A stretch of 63,214 nt of DNA, the filler included, from Hyphochytrium catenoides (lineage: Eukaryota > Protista > Hyphochytriomycota): the NCBI GenBank assembly GCA_900088475.1. It is 6 parts of 6 records of this genome, joined end to end, with 100 filler letters (N's around TTAATTAATTAA, not from the genome) between each part and the next. Parts side by side here need not be neighbours in the genome. Positions count along the whole stretch, not along the records: positions 50,218 to 56,320 come from FLMG01001404.1; positions 56,421 to 63,214 come from FLMG01004019.1; 4 more parts are not named here. The stretch is one strand, 5' to 3'. Below, piece by piece: positions 51,714 to 62,714 of this stretch. The stretch's first letter is position 1, and the number at the start of each line of letters is the position of its first letter. Made by a program: the position numbers and the translations under genes. The notes below the pieces were generated by a model. It did not search any database and was not told the origin of the DNA. It saw nothing but the letters and a program-made list of their open reading frames with translations.

Positions 51714-54700
51714 TTAGTTGTCGTCCCTCTTATAGAAGCCGGTTCTAGTATCTGGGAGCGATGTAAAAGACTCAAATAAGAGTGAGACTCTCTCCTCATC
51801 ACCTTCGTCCTCCTCGTCGCCTTCTCCTTCAGCCTCCCACCACGTTTGAAGGCCACCCGCGACCATGGCACTGCTGACCATCAGAAAGACAGTGGCAATG
51901 ACTTGAATCCAAGATAATGGGTGATTCCAAGGCTCCCCAAACTCTCCTAGTAGGGTCAAAATGGAGATGAGAGAGAGAGAAAGGGGAAAGAGACAGCTTG
52001 TGAAGCGGATAGGACAAGAAAGGAGAGCACAGGCAAAGGGTTTTGAGGTACATCGCGGATCGCTATTCTCACCTGACGTCCAATCATGCAGGAGGACGTT
52101 GCAGATCCAGACGGCGATGGCAGACAAGCCGTTGAGAGAATTCTTCCAATGGTCAAAGACATAGTAGGAGAGAAGGATGCCAAATACATTTCTTAGTAGG
52201 ACGCCAAAAGAGAACGCCAGCAGGAAGCTTTGTAGAATAGTGCTGTGCTGAATCATCTCCAGCCTACAAGGGGAGACGGGAGGCAGAAAGGAGAGAAGGA
52301 ACAAGAGAGAGTCACTGAAGTCAGAGAAAGGGGGAAAGAGAGCTCTATGAGAAAGGCTTCGAGTTCCAGAGCTGACGCTAGACTAGAGAGCAGGCACCCA
52401 TGAAGATCAGTGCGAAGCGTTCTGATCCCAATCTTGAACGCAAGCAGACGACGCTTGACAGAGACGAAAATACTTCTGATAAACGATTGCAGGAACCAAG
52501 CTAAATGACCCTCTATACAAGGTTAAACATTGAAAACAGAAAGGACTGCAGGATATGCAGAGCAAGATAGGCTCCGGCAACTGCACTCACGTATCCAGTG
52601 GGCTCTCAATGTACATTGACGGTCGCACGAAGCCAAGAGCCCAGCAGAGACAGGAAAAGAAGCAGCCCACCAGACCTTCCACGCCTACCACCAGGAGGGG
52701 AGAAGCTTCCAGGTTTGTCATCAGCTCCCCTGACAAAGCGAGAGCATTAGAGAAGTGAAGGATGGGAACTCATGACAAGGATTGACTATCGCTAGACAGG
52801 GAAAGGGACAGTACCGTCTATCATGACTTCAGCAGCCAGCAACATGGTGCTGCCAATGCACAGGCTCACCCCTTGCGGTGTCGACTGGACAGCATGAGGA
52901 TCTAAGAACGAAGGGAGGCCTAATAATCCCAAGCCTGTGGATGGGTGAGGAGTCAAGAAGCGAGAGACACAGGCAGAGAGGAAGGAAGCAAACGACGGGG
53001 CGATGAAGACAGAAGAAGGCAATGCATCAGCTACGCCGGACTGTGACCCTTCATTGGAAAGGGAGCTCCATCTCAAGTCTGCCCCACACGAACCTTCCTT
53101 ATCACTTTTCTTGCTCTTTCATATCACTATCATGCAACAACATTTCATCGCGTTCGAAACCAAAAAGACTTACATCTACCTCCCAACCTCCCTTATCCGG
53201 CTGCTTCTACTCTTCTTCTCTTACCCTCTCTCTCTCTCTCTTTTCCTCCCTCTGTCCCTCTCTCTCTCTCTCTGTCCTTGTTCTGTCTCTTTTCTGATAT
53301 TCATACCTGCCAGGTGCATTAAAATGCCAACACTTACTCCACCCTGTGGTCTCTGCCGCCTGCTTATCGCTCTGAAGAGGAAGACGAAGACAAGGATGGA
53401 ACCTCGGGAAATCTTGAGAACCGAGACGGTGGTGCTTAACAGCCCAATGTTTGCCAGGTAAACGGCCAAGAAGTCTAGGAAAGCTGGAAGCATCACGAGA
53501 CACAGCGCTGTCCCTGGAGTGCGCCTGAAAGCTACAATGGAGACGATGAGTGCCCATCCACAGTGGCAGGGTGTAGGTCATCTCTTCTCTCTTTCTCTTC
53601 CGGGCTCTCTCAATCACTGTCTCTGTCTCCTTTTCTCTCTGTTCTCCAACCTTTGGCACTCTCTCTCTCTCCTAACGTCATGCAGTCAAGATGGCGAGCA
53701 TCTAGTTCTCCCCTGAGAGTCCTGGTCTACCTTCTACGAACTCTGCAGGAGCCTGCACAGGAGAAGATAGACAGACTCAGGGATCTCTCTTATAAAGAGA
53801 AGGAGAGTGTTATCAGGTAAGCAAGCAGTGCAAAGAGGCAGACTTTTTCAAAGAGACACTCCCTGATAAAGGCCTGGCTCTAAGAAAGTGTGTGCAGTGA
53901 CTGAAAAGAGGCGGACTAGGTTCAAAGATGAGTCAATAACGATTGAGACCAGAACCATAGACAGAGGAGGAAGACAAGCCCATAACGCAGAGCACCATAC
54001 CTCTAGAGGAGGGTGCGGCCTGCCTGAGAAGAGCTGGATCACTAGCTGGACGGGTAAAGCCATAGCCATTCCGAAGAAGATGAAGCTGCACGCAAGAGCG
54101 AGGATAATAGTAAGCACTAAAAATGGACGAACACGCGCTGAGAGAGAAGAGCGACAATGTAGAAGTAGACTCAGAAGCAAGAACGTCGCTGGCAAAGTGT
54201 TATCGATAAGATCGATAGGTATCGATCACAAAAGACATGCTTTCTGGCGCCTGAGAGGCAGGTGGAGAGGAAAATGAGGCCTTGCTGGGCGGGGTGAGAG
54301 CGAGAGGGAGAACTAGAAGACTGGACAAGAGATCTCTTACGTACAAGGTAGCAGTCACTGGCTTCTTGAACTTGACCAGCTTTTTCCCTGTGGCATGACT
54401 CTTTATGTGATAAAGTGCCTGCGAAGCACAAGGAGGTACATCCAGAGCAAAGAAGACCGAAAAAGAAAGAGAGAGACAGATAGAGAGAGGGTGGGAGACA
54501 GAGAGAGAGAGACAGAGATCGAGAGAAAGAGAGAGAGAGAGAGAAGGAAGGTAAGTTAGATTGGACAAAAAGGTGACGGTTAGTGGGGATGAGAGTTGAC
54601 AGCGAGAAGGAAACAGGAGTGATAACGAGAGACTGCCCATCACCTGGCAAACTTATAATGCCGTTAGGTATATGTCTCTCTCTCATCTTTATGGGCAAGC

Positions 54701-54847
54701 GCTCTCGAGCTCACTATATGAGTTCCTTAGCAGGAGAAAAGAGGTACTGACCTGGTTCATTATAAAGGTGACAGTTGTGGAGATGGCGAGCCCTAGAAAG
54801 ACACAAACGGGCATCACCGTCCTTTGAACCCACCCTTCTGACGCCAT
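51714..54847 (-). CDS. DMT/nucleotide-sugar transporter superfamily protein, SLC35F6-like, multi-exon
   Basis: FKKPV, FFGMAMAL, MLPAFLDFLAVYLANIGLLSTTVSVLKISRGSILVF, PLLVVGVEGLVG, IESPLDT and GEPWNHPLSWIQ; about 10 TM segments. Confidence 0.8.
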
Positions 54848-57800
54848 CGTTGCGCGAGAGGAGAGACTTGCTCCGAGTCTCAATCTCCGTCTTTTCTCTC
54901 TCTCTCTCGCAAATGTTCATAGTGATAGTACCTCCCGCCTGAATGCATGGTCAAAGAGAAACGAAGCATCAACTCTGGAAGACTCTCGGCTCTCTGTGCC
55001 CCCGATCGATTGCTCTTCCCCGGGGACGATGTTCCTTCCCTCTGTGCTGATATTCTCTTGCCTCGCCGTCTGCCTGCTTCTCACTCTTGGGCGAAAAGGG
55101 CTTCGTTGACTTCTGTCAAACTTTTATTGATCCCTTGTCTTTCGTTCTCTGGGTCTTAGTAGCAGGTTCTCTTTCTCTCTCCCCTTTCTTTTTCTCTTTC
55201 TCTCCCTGCTCTCTCACTCTTCTTTCTCTCCCTTGCTCTCTCTCTCTCTCTCTCTCTGTGTCTCTGTCTCTCTCTCTCTCTCTGTCTCTGTCTCTCTCTC
55301 TCTCTCTGCGTGTGTGCCTTCTGATGCGGTCCTGCTGTTGAACTGTCAAAGATTCTGATGAAAGATCTTTCACGGACAAAAGAAAGGAGAGAAACAAAGC
55401 ATTACAGCAGAGTCTACACTTCCGTTACCAGCTAGACATGTCAACCGCTAAAACCCACTATAATTTCTCCTTGAACCATAAACAACTAAAATACGCCGTA
55501 ATACCCCTTGGCAATAAATAAAATAGGCGGTCATAGCAGATCCATATATGGACGATATGATTCACAATCAGGACGGCCCTGGATCGGCCGTCTGCTGTTT
55601 TATTAGGATAATTAGCACGACGAGCGCTGGGAAACGACCTTCCTCCCTCTTCTCCTTCTTCTGACAGCATCGCTGAGATATCATATAGTGCTGTTATATG
55701 TCTGTTGATGATGGAGACAGAGAGGAAGACGAAGAGTCACCAGCTAGGTCTTCCTCTTCTTCTGCTGTCGCTTCTTCTCCAAGAGGAATCGCTTCTTTCT
55801 CTCCAATTTGTTGTTCCTTTCGTCTTCTTCTCGTTCAGTGGTTGTCGTCATTATAAAAAGCAAGGTTGAGAAGCAGAAAGAAGTGACAGTTAGCCAAGAA
55901 CAGCGATGTTGAGGGAAGCACTGGGAACATTCGACTCTTCGACACTATAGTAAAGGAGAAGGGAAGACGCATCTCCTCTTCGTTCTTAGCCATCCTCGTA
56001 TAACGACTTGGCATGGCATTTTCCGTCGCAGGATCGTAGGTGAGGACTAGGCAAAACTATTGGCTTGAATGCCAAAACCGTCTTGTTGCGCCCTTCATGA
56101 TTGCTAGATGGAGAGACTATAGGAAATGGCAATCAATGTTACTCTGGAGTTAAAAATATGGGACTTTGGAATGGAAGCCTAGCAGGGAAGACGTAGACGC
56201 GGTTACGATTCTTCTATTCTTCCCCGTTCTTGGCTTTAGGTACATGGTTTCACGATGTTGCCGGCACTGTTCACATCCTTCGTAGTGATCCATTGGAGGG
56301 AGATGATGGGATTACTGCGGNNNNNNNNNNNNNNNNNNNNNNNNNNNNNNNNNNNNNNNNNNNNTTAATTAATTAANNNNNNNNNNNNNNNNNNNNNNNN
56401 NNNNNNNNNNNNNNNNNNNNGAACTGTGAGCCTTTTAGAGCTCTTGTCAGCTTCTGCTCTCAACAGTGGCTCATCTGGCCCATCCGCCAGGCCTTCTCAA
56501 GCAGCAGCATCTCTTCTCCTCTGGGATAGTAGAACATTCAAAGTCCGGGGGTGAAGCAGTACTTTTACATCCAAGGGCGCTTACACTTCTCAACCTCCAC
56601 TGGTCAAGGAGCTTCTAACGTCAGCATTACAAGAGCAAGCAAACGTGTTAGCTTGACGAGTGGGCACGGTGCATTGCTCCGTGCACGATACGTATACACG
56701 GGAACCGAGTGGCTCTTCTGCTTCAAGTATTCTCGCAGCTACAAACAAGCGAGAGCCTATCACTTTCTGGCATAAACGGCTCAATCAACTCACTCAAGCA
56801 CAGATTTATTAACCGACTAGCCCTGCAGGCTTCCGGTCTAGTCCTTTATAGATAGAGCTTCTCCGCAGCCCCCCTTAGTTGTGAGACCTGCGTTCTTGCT
56901 GAGCTATCGCGTAGCCTCCGGCCCTTTCACGCTCAGTCCCGCAAGGCAACAGACTGCCTGATCGTTTGGATGCTGACGTCGTTGGCACTATCAATACTAG
57001 CTACCACCTATTATGTGCATATTCTGAGAGTAGTAGGGGATGATCACACTCTGAGGTGCTTCGTGCACATCTCCTTCGCGGCAAAGGAGAAGCATTGCTA
57101 CTAATTTTTGAGACCTACATATCTTTATGGGGGAACAGATGCGGTCAGTTACGCAATCCGATCATCTTCTTTATTTGCAGCACGGAGTGAACTCGGATCC
57201 AGTCAAACGGGGTCAAGCGATGGCGGCATCGTGATGGTGCTTGGTGGTGGCGGCGATGAACGAGAGAAAATAATACCCGATGATGATAAACAAGAAGTTC
57301 CACGTTCTACTACGATAACGATCATTAGCAGCAAGAAGTAGTAGTGATGACGGCGATTCGGTAATTTTGTCTCTTGGAGAGAGAGAGAGAGAGAGAGAGA
57401 GAGGGAAGAAATTGGGAAGAAGTCGTGTGCTTTCAGATCTCGCTTTGTTCAGAGTTCTCGCTTTGTCATCAAAGCGCCTCTTCTTCACTGTTACACTTAC
57501 TGCCACCTTCTTCGTCCAACCATCCTCCTCCTACTTACTACCCGTCCTCCATCGATCATAATCAAAGCTCATTGATCAGCAGGAACTTACAACAGTTTCG
57601 AGTATCAATGGCAAGATCATGGCGAGTATTAACAAACTATACGTTCCATGGCTGGGAGATTAACTATGGCCACTTGATTTTGTTTAAAACTGAACACGAT
57701 CAAAACATGTCTAGAACGTGTTTCGACGCAAGGTTTGATCAAATCAGATCCATGATAAAAATGCTCTCAGTTCCAAACTCTACTTCACGAGAGGAAGGAA

Positions 57801-58404
57801 GAAACCAGTGTTTCGGGACTTCTGGTAACTAGGTAATAACCGCCAGGTAAAGCGTAATGGGAAGTGAGGAAACAGTAACTGTGTCTTGTCGATAATACTA
57901 GAAACAGTCACTAATGAGGGCAACAAAGACGACATGATAACTAGATGACGAACACTGAGGGTCCCATAAGCCCTGGACACTCGTTCTGACTATATCCGTA
58001 CACCACCTACCCTAAAAAAGGAGGTTCAACTCCTATACCTTATAACAGCTGGCACTCATGGCTATGGGCTGTATGACCTCGTGACCACAAGAAACACTCT
58101 GTGCCCGATGACGGGTCAGCACGTTAAAGAGATACGCTCCGATCGCCGGGGAGAGTTCGCTATTAGCAGTGCTGTTCTGTATGATGCGTACAATCCATAT
58201 GAAACGATAAAACGGACTGAGTAGTGATAAATGAGATATCAAAGAATGACTGATGAGGTTGGTCCTCCTCTGAAGATCTTTTCTCGTCAGCTTCCCTCAT
58301 CAATTCTCTCTGCTTGTCTCGGTGCGTTTACAAGAAAGAGTTTATGGAATTTTTCTCCTCATGACACCTCTCTTTCCCATAACACAGGTGTACCCGTAAT
58401 GTCG

Positions 58405-59285
58405 TCTAGAGCTGTGGACTGTTCAGCTTTCGACCCTTCACTATAGGGAGTTCGAGCTGCAGGGAGATGTTGGAGTCTGAGGGCGCAGCTTGTAGTAGGA
58501 AACAAAATCTCGCCAACCTCGCTGTTCCTCGTACATCAAGGAATCTGTGGAATGAAGTCCTAAAACCAAGTAATCTCTTACTAGCGGGTCTACAGCATGC
58601 GGAGATGTGTTGAATGTTCAGCTTTCGACCCTTCACCATAGGGAGTTCGAGCTGCGGGGAGGTGATGGAGTCTGAGGGCACAGCTATGTGGACTACAAGC
58701 TGGCAAGCTTAGCTGATGAATGTATGGGGTTTGGAGACAATTATATTATGTGTTCCTGCTCGGCTTATAAGCCTGAAAGGGTAGTCTCTTAGATTGTGGG
58801 ACCCTACTGGATTTAGGATCCTGAATACTACTGAGATGTATTCCTGCTAGAGAGTACCTGTTCTCTTTTAGTAATAACCCATAGATAACATTAGAGTCCA
58901 CTTCTTCCTTCATATCTCTGTATTTACTTGGAGTTTGGGACTGTAACATGGCCCAGTTGGTCTGGTACATCTTAGTTCTATGAAGTAAGACTCAGATAGT
59001 CCATACTTCAAAACCTCCCCGTAGTTCCAAATGTCTGTAGGTAAGAAAGGTAGAGGGGTTCAATTATTCTGAGAGAGAGGATGGTCATATGGTGGGTATG
59101 TTGGGCACTAGATATAGTATATATACTATATATATATCCAAGCTTCAGCTCTAAATTCCAGTAGAAACCGAGATATGAGCAAACGAAATTTCCCTGATTA
59201 TGTCCATGGCTTATGGTCAGTACCGCGGAATATCTTTAGGGCTGACTAGACGGGATATCTCTCTAACTGAATATCTTAGAGTTAT
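58405..59285. mobile_element. Rearranged fragments of the same LINE-like family as 44860-45510
   Basis: 58420-58490 and 58610-58690 are reverse complements of ~45050-45120; 58891-59010 matches 44861-44977; 59208-59285 matches 45316-45396. Confidence 0.75.
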
Positions 59286-59425
59286 TGATGAGTTCTAGCA
59301 GAGGTAGAGGTTGATGATGTCTGAAGCTCTATCTAGATGCACATATAACAGAGGGACTTGATGATGATTACCTGTCAATTGATTGCATGAATGTCTTGTT
59401 GAACTGTGATCAAAGCTGGAACCAG

Positions 59426-59472
59426 AAAGTGTACAGCGGACGACGCAGAGGGAAAAACCCCTTGGTATAAAA
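59426..59472 (+). promoter_or_regulatory. Putative upstream Pol III element plus TATA box in the LTR
   Basis: AAAGTGTACAGCGGACGACGCAGAGGG is invariant in all three LTRs at about -73 to -47, with a TATA at about -30 from the tRNA-like start. Confidence 0.5.
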
Positions 59473-59498
59473 GAACAAAAACGGAGTTTAGTTCAAGT

Positions 59499-59579
59499 GT
59501 ACGTTTGGTGTATGGTGCATACTGGTTAGGGTGTCGGCATCAAAGACAGAGGTCCTGGGTTCGAATCCCGGAGCATACA
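59499..59579 (+). ncRNA. tRNA-like RNA in the 5' LTR (81 nt)
   Basis: Acceptor GTACGTT/AGC(A)TAC, D arm GTGT-ATGGT-GCAT, T arm CTGGG-TTCGAAT-CCCGG, discriminator A, then a T6 run at 59584-59589. Confidence 0.8.
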
Positions 59580-59875
59580 AAACTTTTTTCCGGTATATTC
59601 AGACACCTCCAATATTAATTCAAAGTGCTGACCACCAGATCATAAAATCCAACATGGTGTACGCTCCGAGCGATTTAACTCGGGCAATATATTGAGCCAT
59701 TCGGTTCTGTGACCACGGATGACTATCACAGTTCCATTGGATCTAGAGCTTACAGAGTTCTCTAGATTCCGGGGGAGTGTTGAACTGTGATCGACGCTGG
59801 ATCCAGAAAGTGTACAGCGGACGACGCAGAGGGCAAAAACCCCTGGTATATAAACAAAAAGAAGATTAGTTAAGA

Positions 59876-59956
59876 GTACGTCTGGTGTATGGTGCATACT
59901 GGTTAGGGTGTCGGCATCAAAGACAGAGGTCCTGGTTTCGAATCCCGGAGCGTACA
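59876..59956 (+). ncRNA. tRNA-like RNA in the 3' LTR (81 nt)
   Basis: Same fold; ends ...CCCGGAGCGTACA, followed by a T4 run at 59961-59964. Confidence 0.8.
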
Positions 59957-62452
59957 ACACTTTTCTCCCGTATATCCAGACACCCCCCAGTATTGATTTA
60001 AGTGCTCACCATCCAACATATCTCTCTTGTGACCTCCTGATCAAAATCTGCGTCTCGTTCCATCCTCCTACTAACATAAGTCCATTTGCTCAAAGAAGAC
60101 ATTCATTCAGTGAATTGAATGGCAGATAATCATCATCAAAACCCTTTGTTATATGTTCATCTAGACAGACCTTCAGACCTCATCAATATCTACCTCTGCT
60201 AAAATTCATCAGGTTATGTTGGTTCCAGATTCGCTGTTGGTGACTGCTGCTTCTCTGCTCAACTGAGCGCCAGAGTGACGACCTTGTGTAATATGAGAGA
60301 CTGCTGCAGCTCTCGAGAGGGTGAGAGAAAGAAGGTGCTCCGTCTGTACCTTGGCTGGCCAGGCCTCAGTTCAGACAAGCACCGCTGTACCGCGGCAGCA
60401 GCTTCGTTTTGGGCGAAGCCGGTCCACTTCGTCCAGGTTATAGTCGGTAGCTAACATGACCTTGTCTCAAACCTGAACTGCAATACCATGCTGCGGTGCG
60501 GGTTGTGAAGCGCCTCCATGTAATCCTGGCTATCGTCTAGACGGTCCTGAGCGACGAGGAGTGATACTCTGATGTTCTCGAGCGTGTCTGCTACGCCCGG
60601 GGGCAATCCATCCTTCTCTACCTGTTGTGAGAGTTGGTTGTGACGGCAGCGAATGCCGCCATCGAGGTGGCACAGGTAAGTAACCGTAGGCCAAATAGAA
60701 GGGAGCGAAGCCAGCAGTGGCGGCGTGCTTCCTACTATTATACGCAAATTCTATGAGGTGAAGGTCGCGTTCCCAGTTCGTCCTCTAGTAATCCACATAG
60801 CATCTTGTAATCCACATAGCAACGTAAGGCAATCAGCATTGTCTTGTTCACGATCTCCGTCTGACCATCAGTCTGGGGCCTGTGTGACGTAGGCATGGCT
60901 AGAGAGGTGCCTAACCGTTTCTGAAGCTCGGTCCAGAATGCACTCGTGAACTTGCTGTTTCTGTCTGAGATGATGACTTGTGGGATACCATGGTGCTTCA
61001 CCACTTCCTTGAGGTAGAGTAGCGCCGCCTGCTCGGCTGTCATCCACTTCCTGCAAGGGATGAAGTGCGCGTGGTTACTAAGTTTGTCAACAGCGACCAT
61101 CACAGCGTCAAATTCTTCTGCCGTGCGGGCCAGGTCCACAACAATAAAAACGATCGACACCGTGTGCCACTTGCTCGCAGGGCTCTTGATGGGATGGGTG
61201 ACCCCGTGTCTTCGGTTATTGCTCTTGGTTCTCCCGCAGACGATGCAAGAGTTGATGAAGCAGCGCTTAATGTCTGTGTCCGTTCTGGGCCAGAAAAATA
61301 GGCGCATTAACTTCTCTTGTGTCGCGTTGATACCAGAGTGTGAGTCGTAGACGTTGTCGTGTGCCTCCACCAAGAGTTAAGTGACGAGCTCCTTGTCTGC
61401 CCGGGGAATGCAAATCCTGTCGGCTCCGCTTTTTTCTCGGAGGGCCAGAATATAAGCTCGTGTTGGGACATAACGCGAAGCGCTTGAGTCAGGCTGGAGT
61501 GACCTTAGTCTTCTTTCCAGGGTTCTTCAGCCCCATCCAAAGCTCCTTAAAGTACCGTCCTGCGCATAACCCTTCACTATCCGTTCGCATAGGTCGTCTG
61601 CCAACCCTCACACCCGCTTCCGAGTAGGTAACTCCTGCAGTGTCAAGCTCTAGCGCTTTTATATGGTCTGGTCTCGTGCTGAGGGCATCGGCTACCACGT
61701 TGAGTGCCTCCGGAATATACGTCAGGGTCGCATCGTAAGTGAGGAGAATGTCTAACCACTTCGCTTGGCGGCGATTGAGCGTCGACTGAGACAGGAGGAA
61801 TGTGAAAGAATGGTGATCCGTCCACATCTGGAAGTGCTTGTAAGAATAAAAGGTGGGACCATTCCTCCAGGCAATACGTGATCGCCAGCACTCCTTGTCA
61901 TACACTGAGTACTTTACCTCGTTTGGGTGGAGCTTCCCGGAAGCAAAGGCTATTTTTGGGGACCGTCTCCTAAAGGCCTGCATAATCACTCCTCAGCTGC
62001 AAAGTCGGAGGGGGAGGAGGCATCCGTGGCCACAACGAATTCGGCGTTGGGATCTGGAATGAGCAAGGCTGGGTGGAGCCCTCACCATAAATAGGAGTCT
62101 TTAGGGCTTTGAAGGCTGCATCAGCAGACGCCGTCCACCTGAAGCTTTTTCTGAACTCTTCCGTCGTCAGATCAATGAGAGGGAGTGCTATCTCTGCGTA
62201 GCGTGCGATAAACTTTCTATAAAAGCCTGTCAAGCCGAGGAACACTTCACCCCTTTCGAGTTGGGCGTTGGCCAGTCCGCCATCGCTTTGATCTTGGCCG
62301 GGTCAGACATCACCTTACCGTCCCCAATGACGAAGCCCAGGAACTTCAGCTCTGATTGAAAGAACCTGCACTTGTCGCGGCCCAGTAAAGCTTGTGGTCG
62401 CTCAATCATCTCCAGGTGGCGTTGATGCTCTTCCCGTGATCGAGAGAACACG

Positions 62453-62714
62453 TACACCATGTTAGATTTTATCATAGGATGGTGAGCACTTTGAGTTAAT
62501 ATTGGGGGGTGTCTGGATATACCGGAGAGAAGTTTTGTACGCTCCGGGATTTGAACCCAGGACCTCTGCCTTTGATGCCGACACCCTAACCAGTATGCAC
62601 CATACACCAAACGTACCCTTGACTAATCTCCGTTTCTATTTATATACCAGGGATTTTCCCCTCTGCGTCGTCCGCTGTACACTTTTTGGTTTCAGCGTCG
62701 ATCACAGTTCAGCA
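62453..62714 (-). mobile_element. Single LTR of the TRIM family (62460-62714) plus a 7-nt PBS stub, inserted in the Gypsy RT
   Basis: Minus strand reads TGCTGAACTGTGAT...AAATCTAACA-TGGTGTA, flanked by a perfect 5-bp duplication ACACG (62448-62452 and 62715-62719). Removing it restores YLDDITVFSRSREEH. Confidence 0.93.
62536..62616 (-). ncRNA. tRNA-like RNA in the third LTR (81 nt)
   Basis: GTACGTT...CTGGGTTCAAATCCCGGAGCGTACA, with a fully paired acceptor stem. Confidence 0.8.

Larger units (their letters stand above)
59397..60018 (+). mobile_element. TRIM (non-autonomous miniature LTR retrotransposon): LTR 59397-59654, PBS 59655-59668, PPT 59771-59777, LTR 59778-60018
   Basis: Two direct repeats, each TGTTG...CAACA; TGG-starting PBS abutting the 5' LTR; GGGGGAG PPT abutting the 3' LTR; TSD TGTCT / TATCT; 123-bp non-coding interior. 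Confidence 0.93.
59286..60211. mobile_element. MITE-like element (~300 bp without the nested TRIM), ~110-bp imperfect terminal inverted repeats, TG...CA ends
   Basis: 59286-59396 aligns as a reverse complement to 60097-60211. Flanks AGTTAT / GGTTAT are a possible 6-bp TSD with one mismatch. Confidence 0.7.

Noticed and set aside
59539-59545. TCA triplet in the tRNA-like arm as a Sec or opal suppressor anticodon
   Set aside because: No 5-bp stem around a 7-nt loop, no U33 and no long variable arm.
59406-59618. Short ORFs repeated in the LTR copies (VYGAYWLGCRHQRQRSW)
   Set aside because: The conservation is explained by the tRNA-like structure; starts and frames are not kept among copies.
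59397-59654. Interpretation of the repeat as a tRNA-derived SINE
   Set aside because: The tRNA part is internal, the ends are TG...CA, and a PBS, PPT and 5-bp TSD are present with no A-rich tail.
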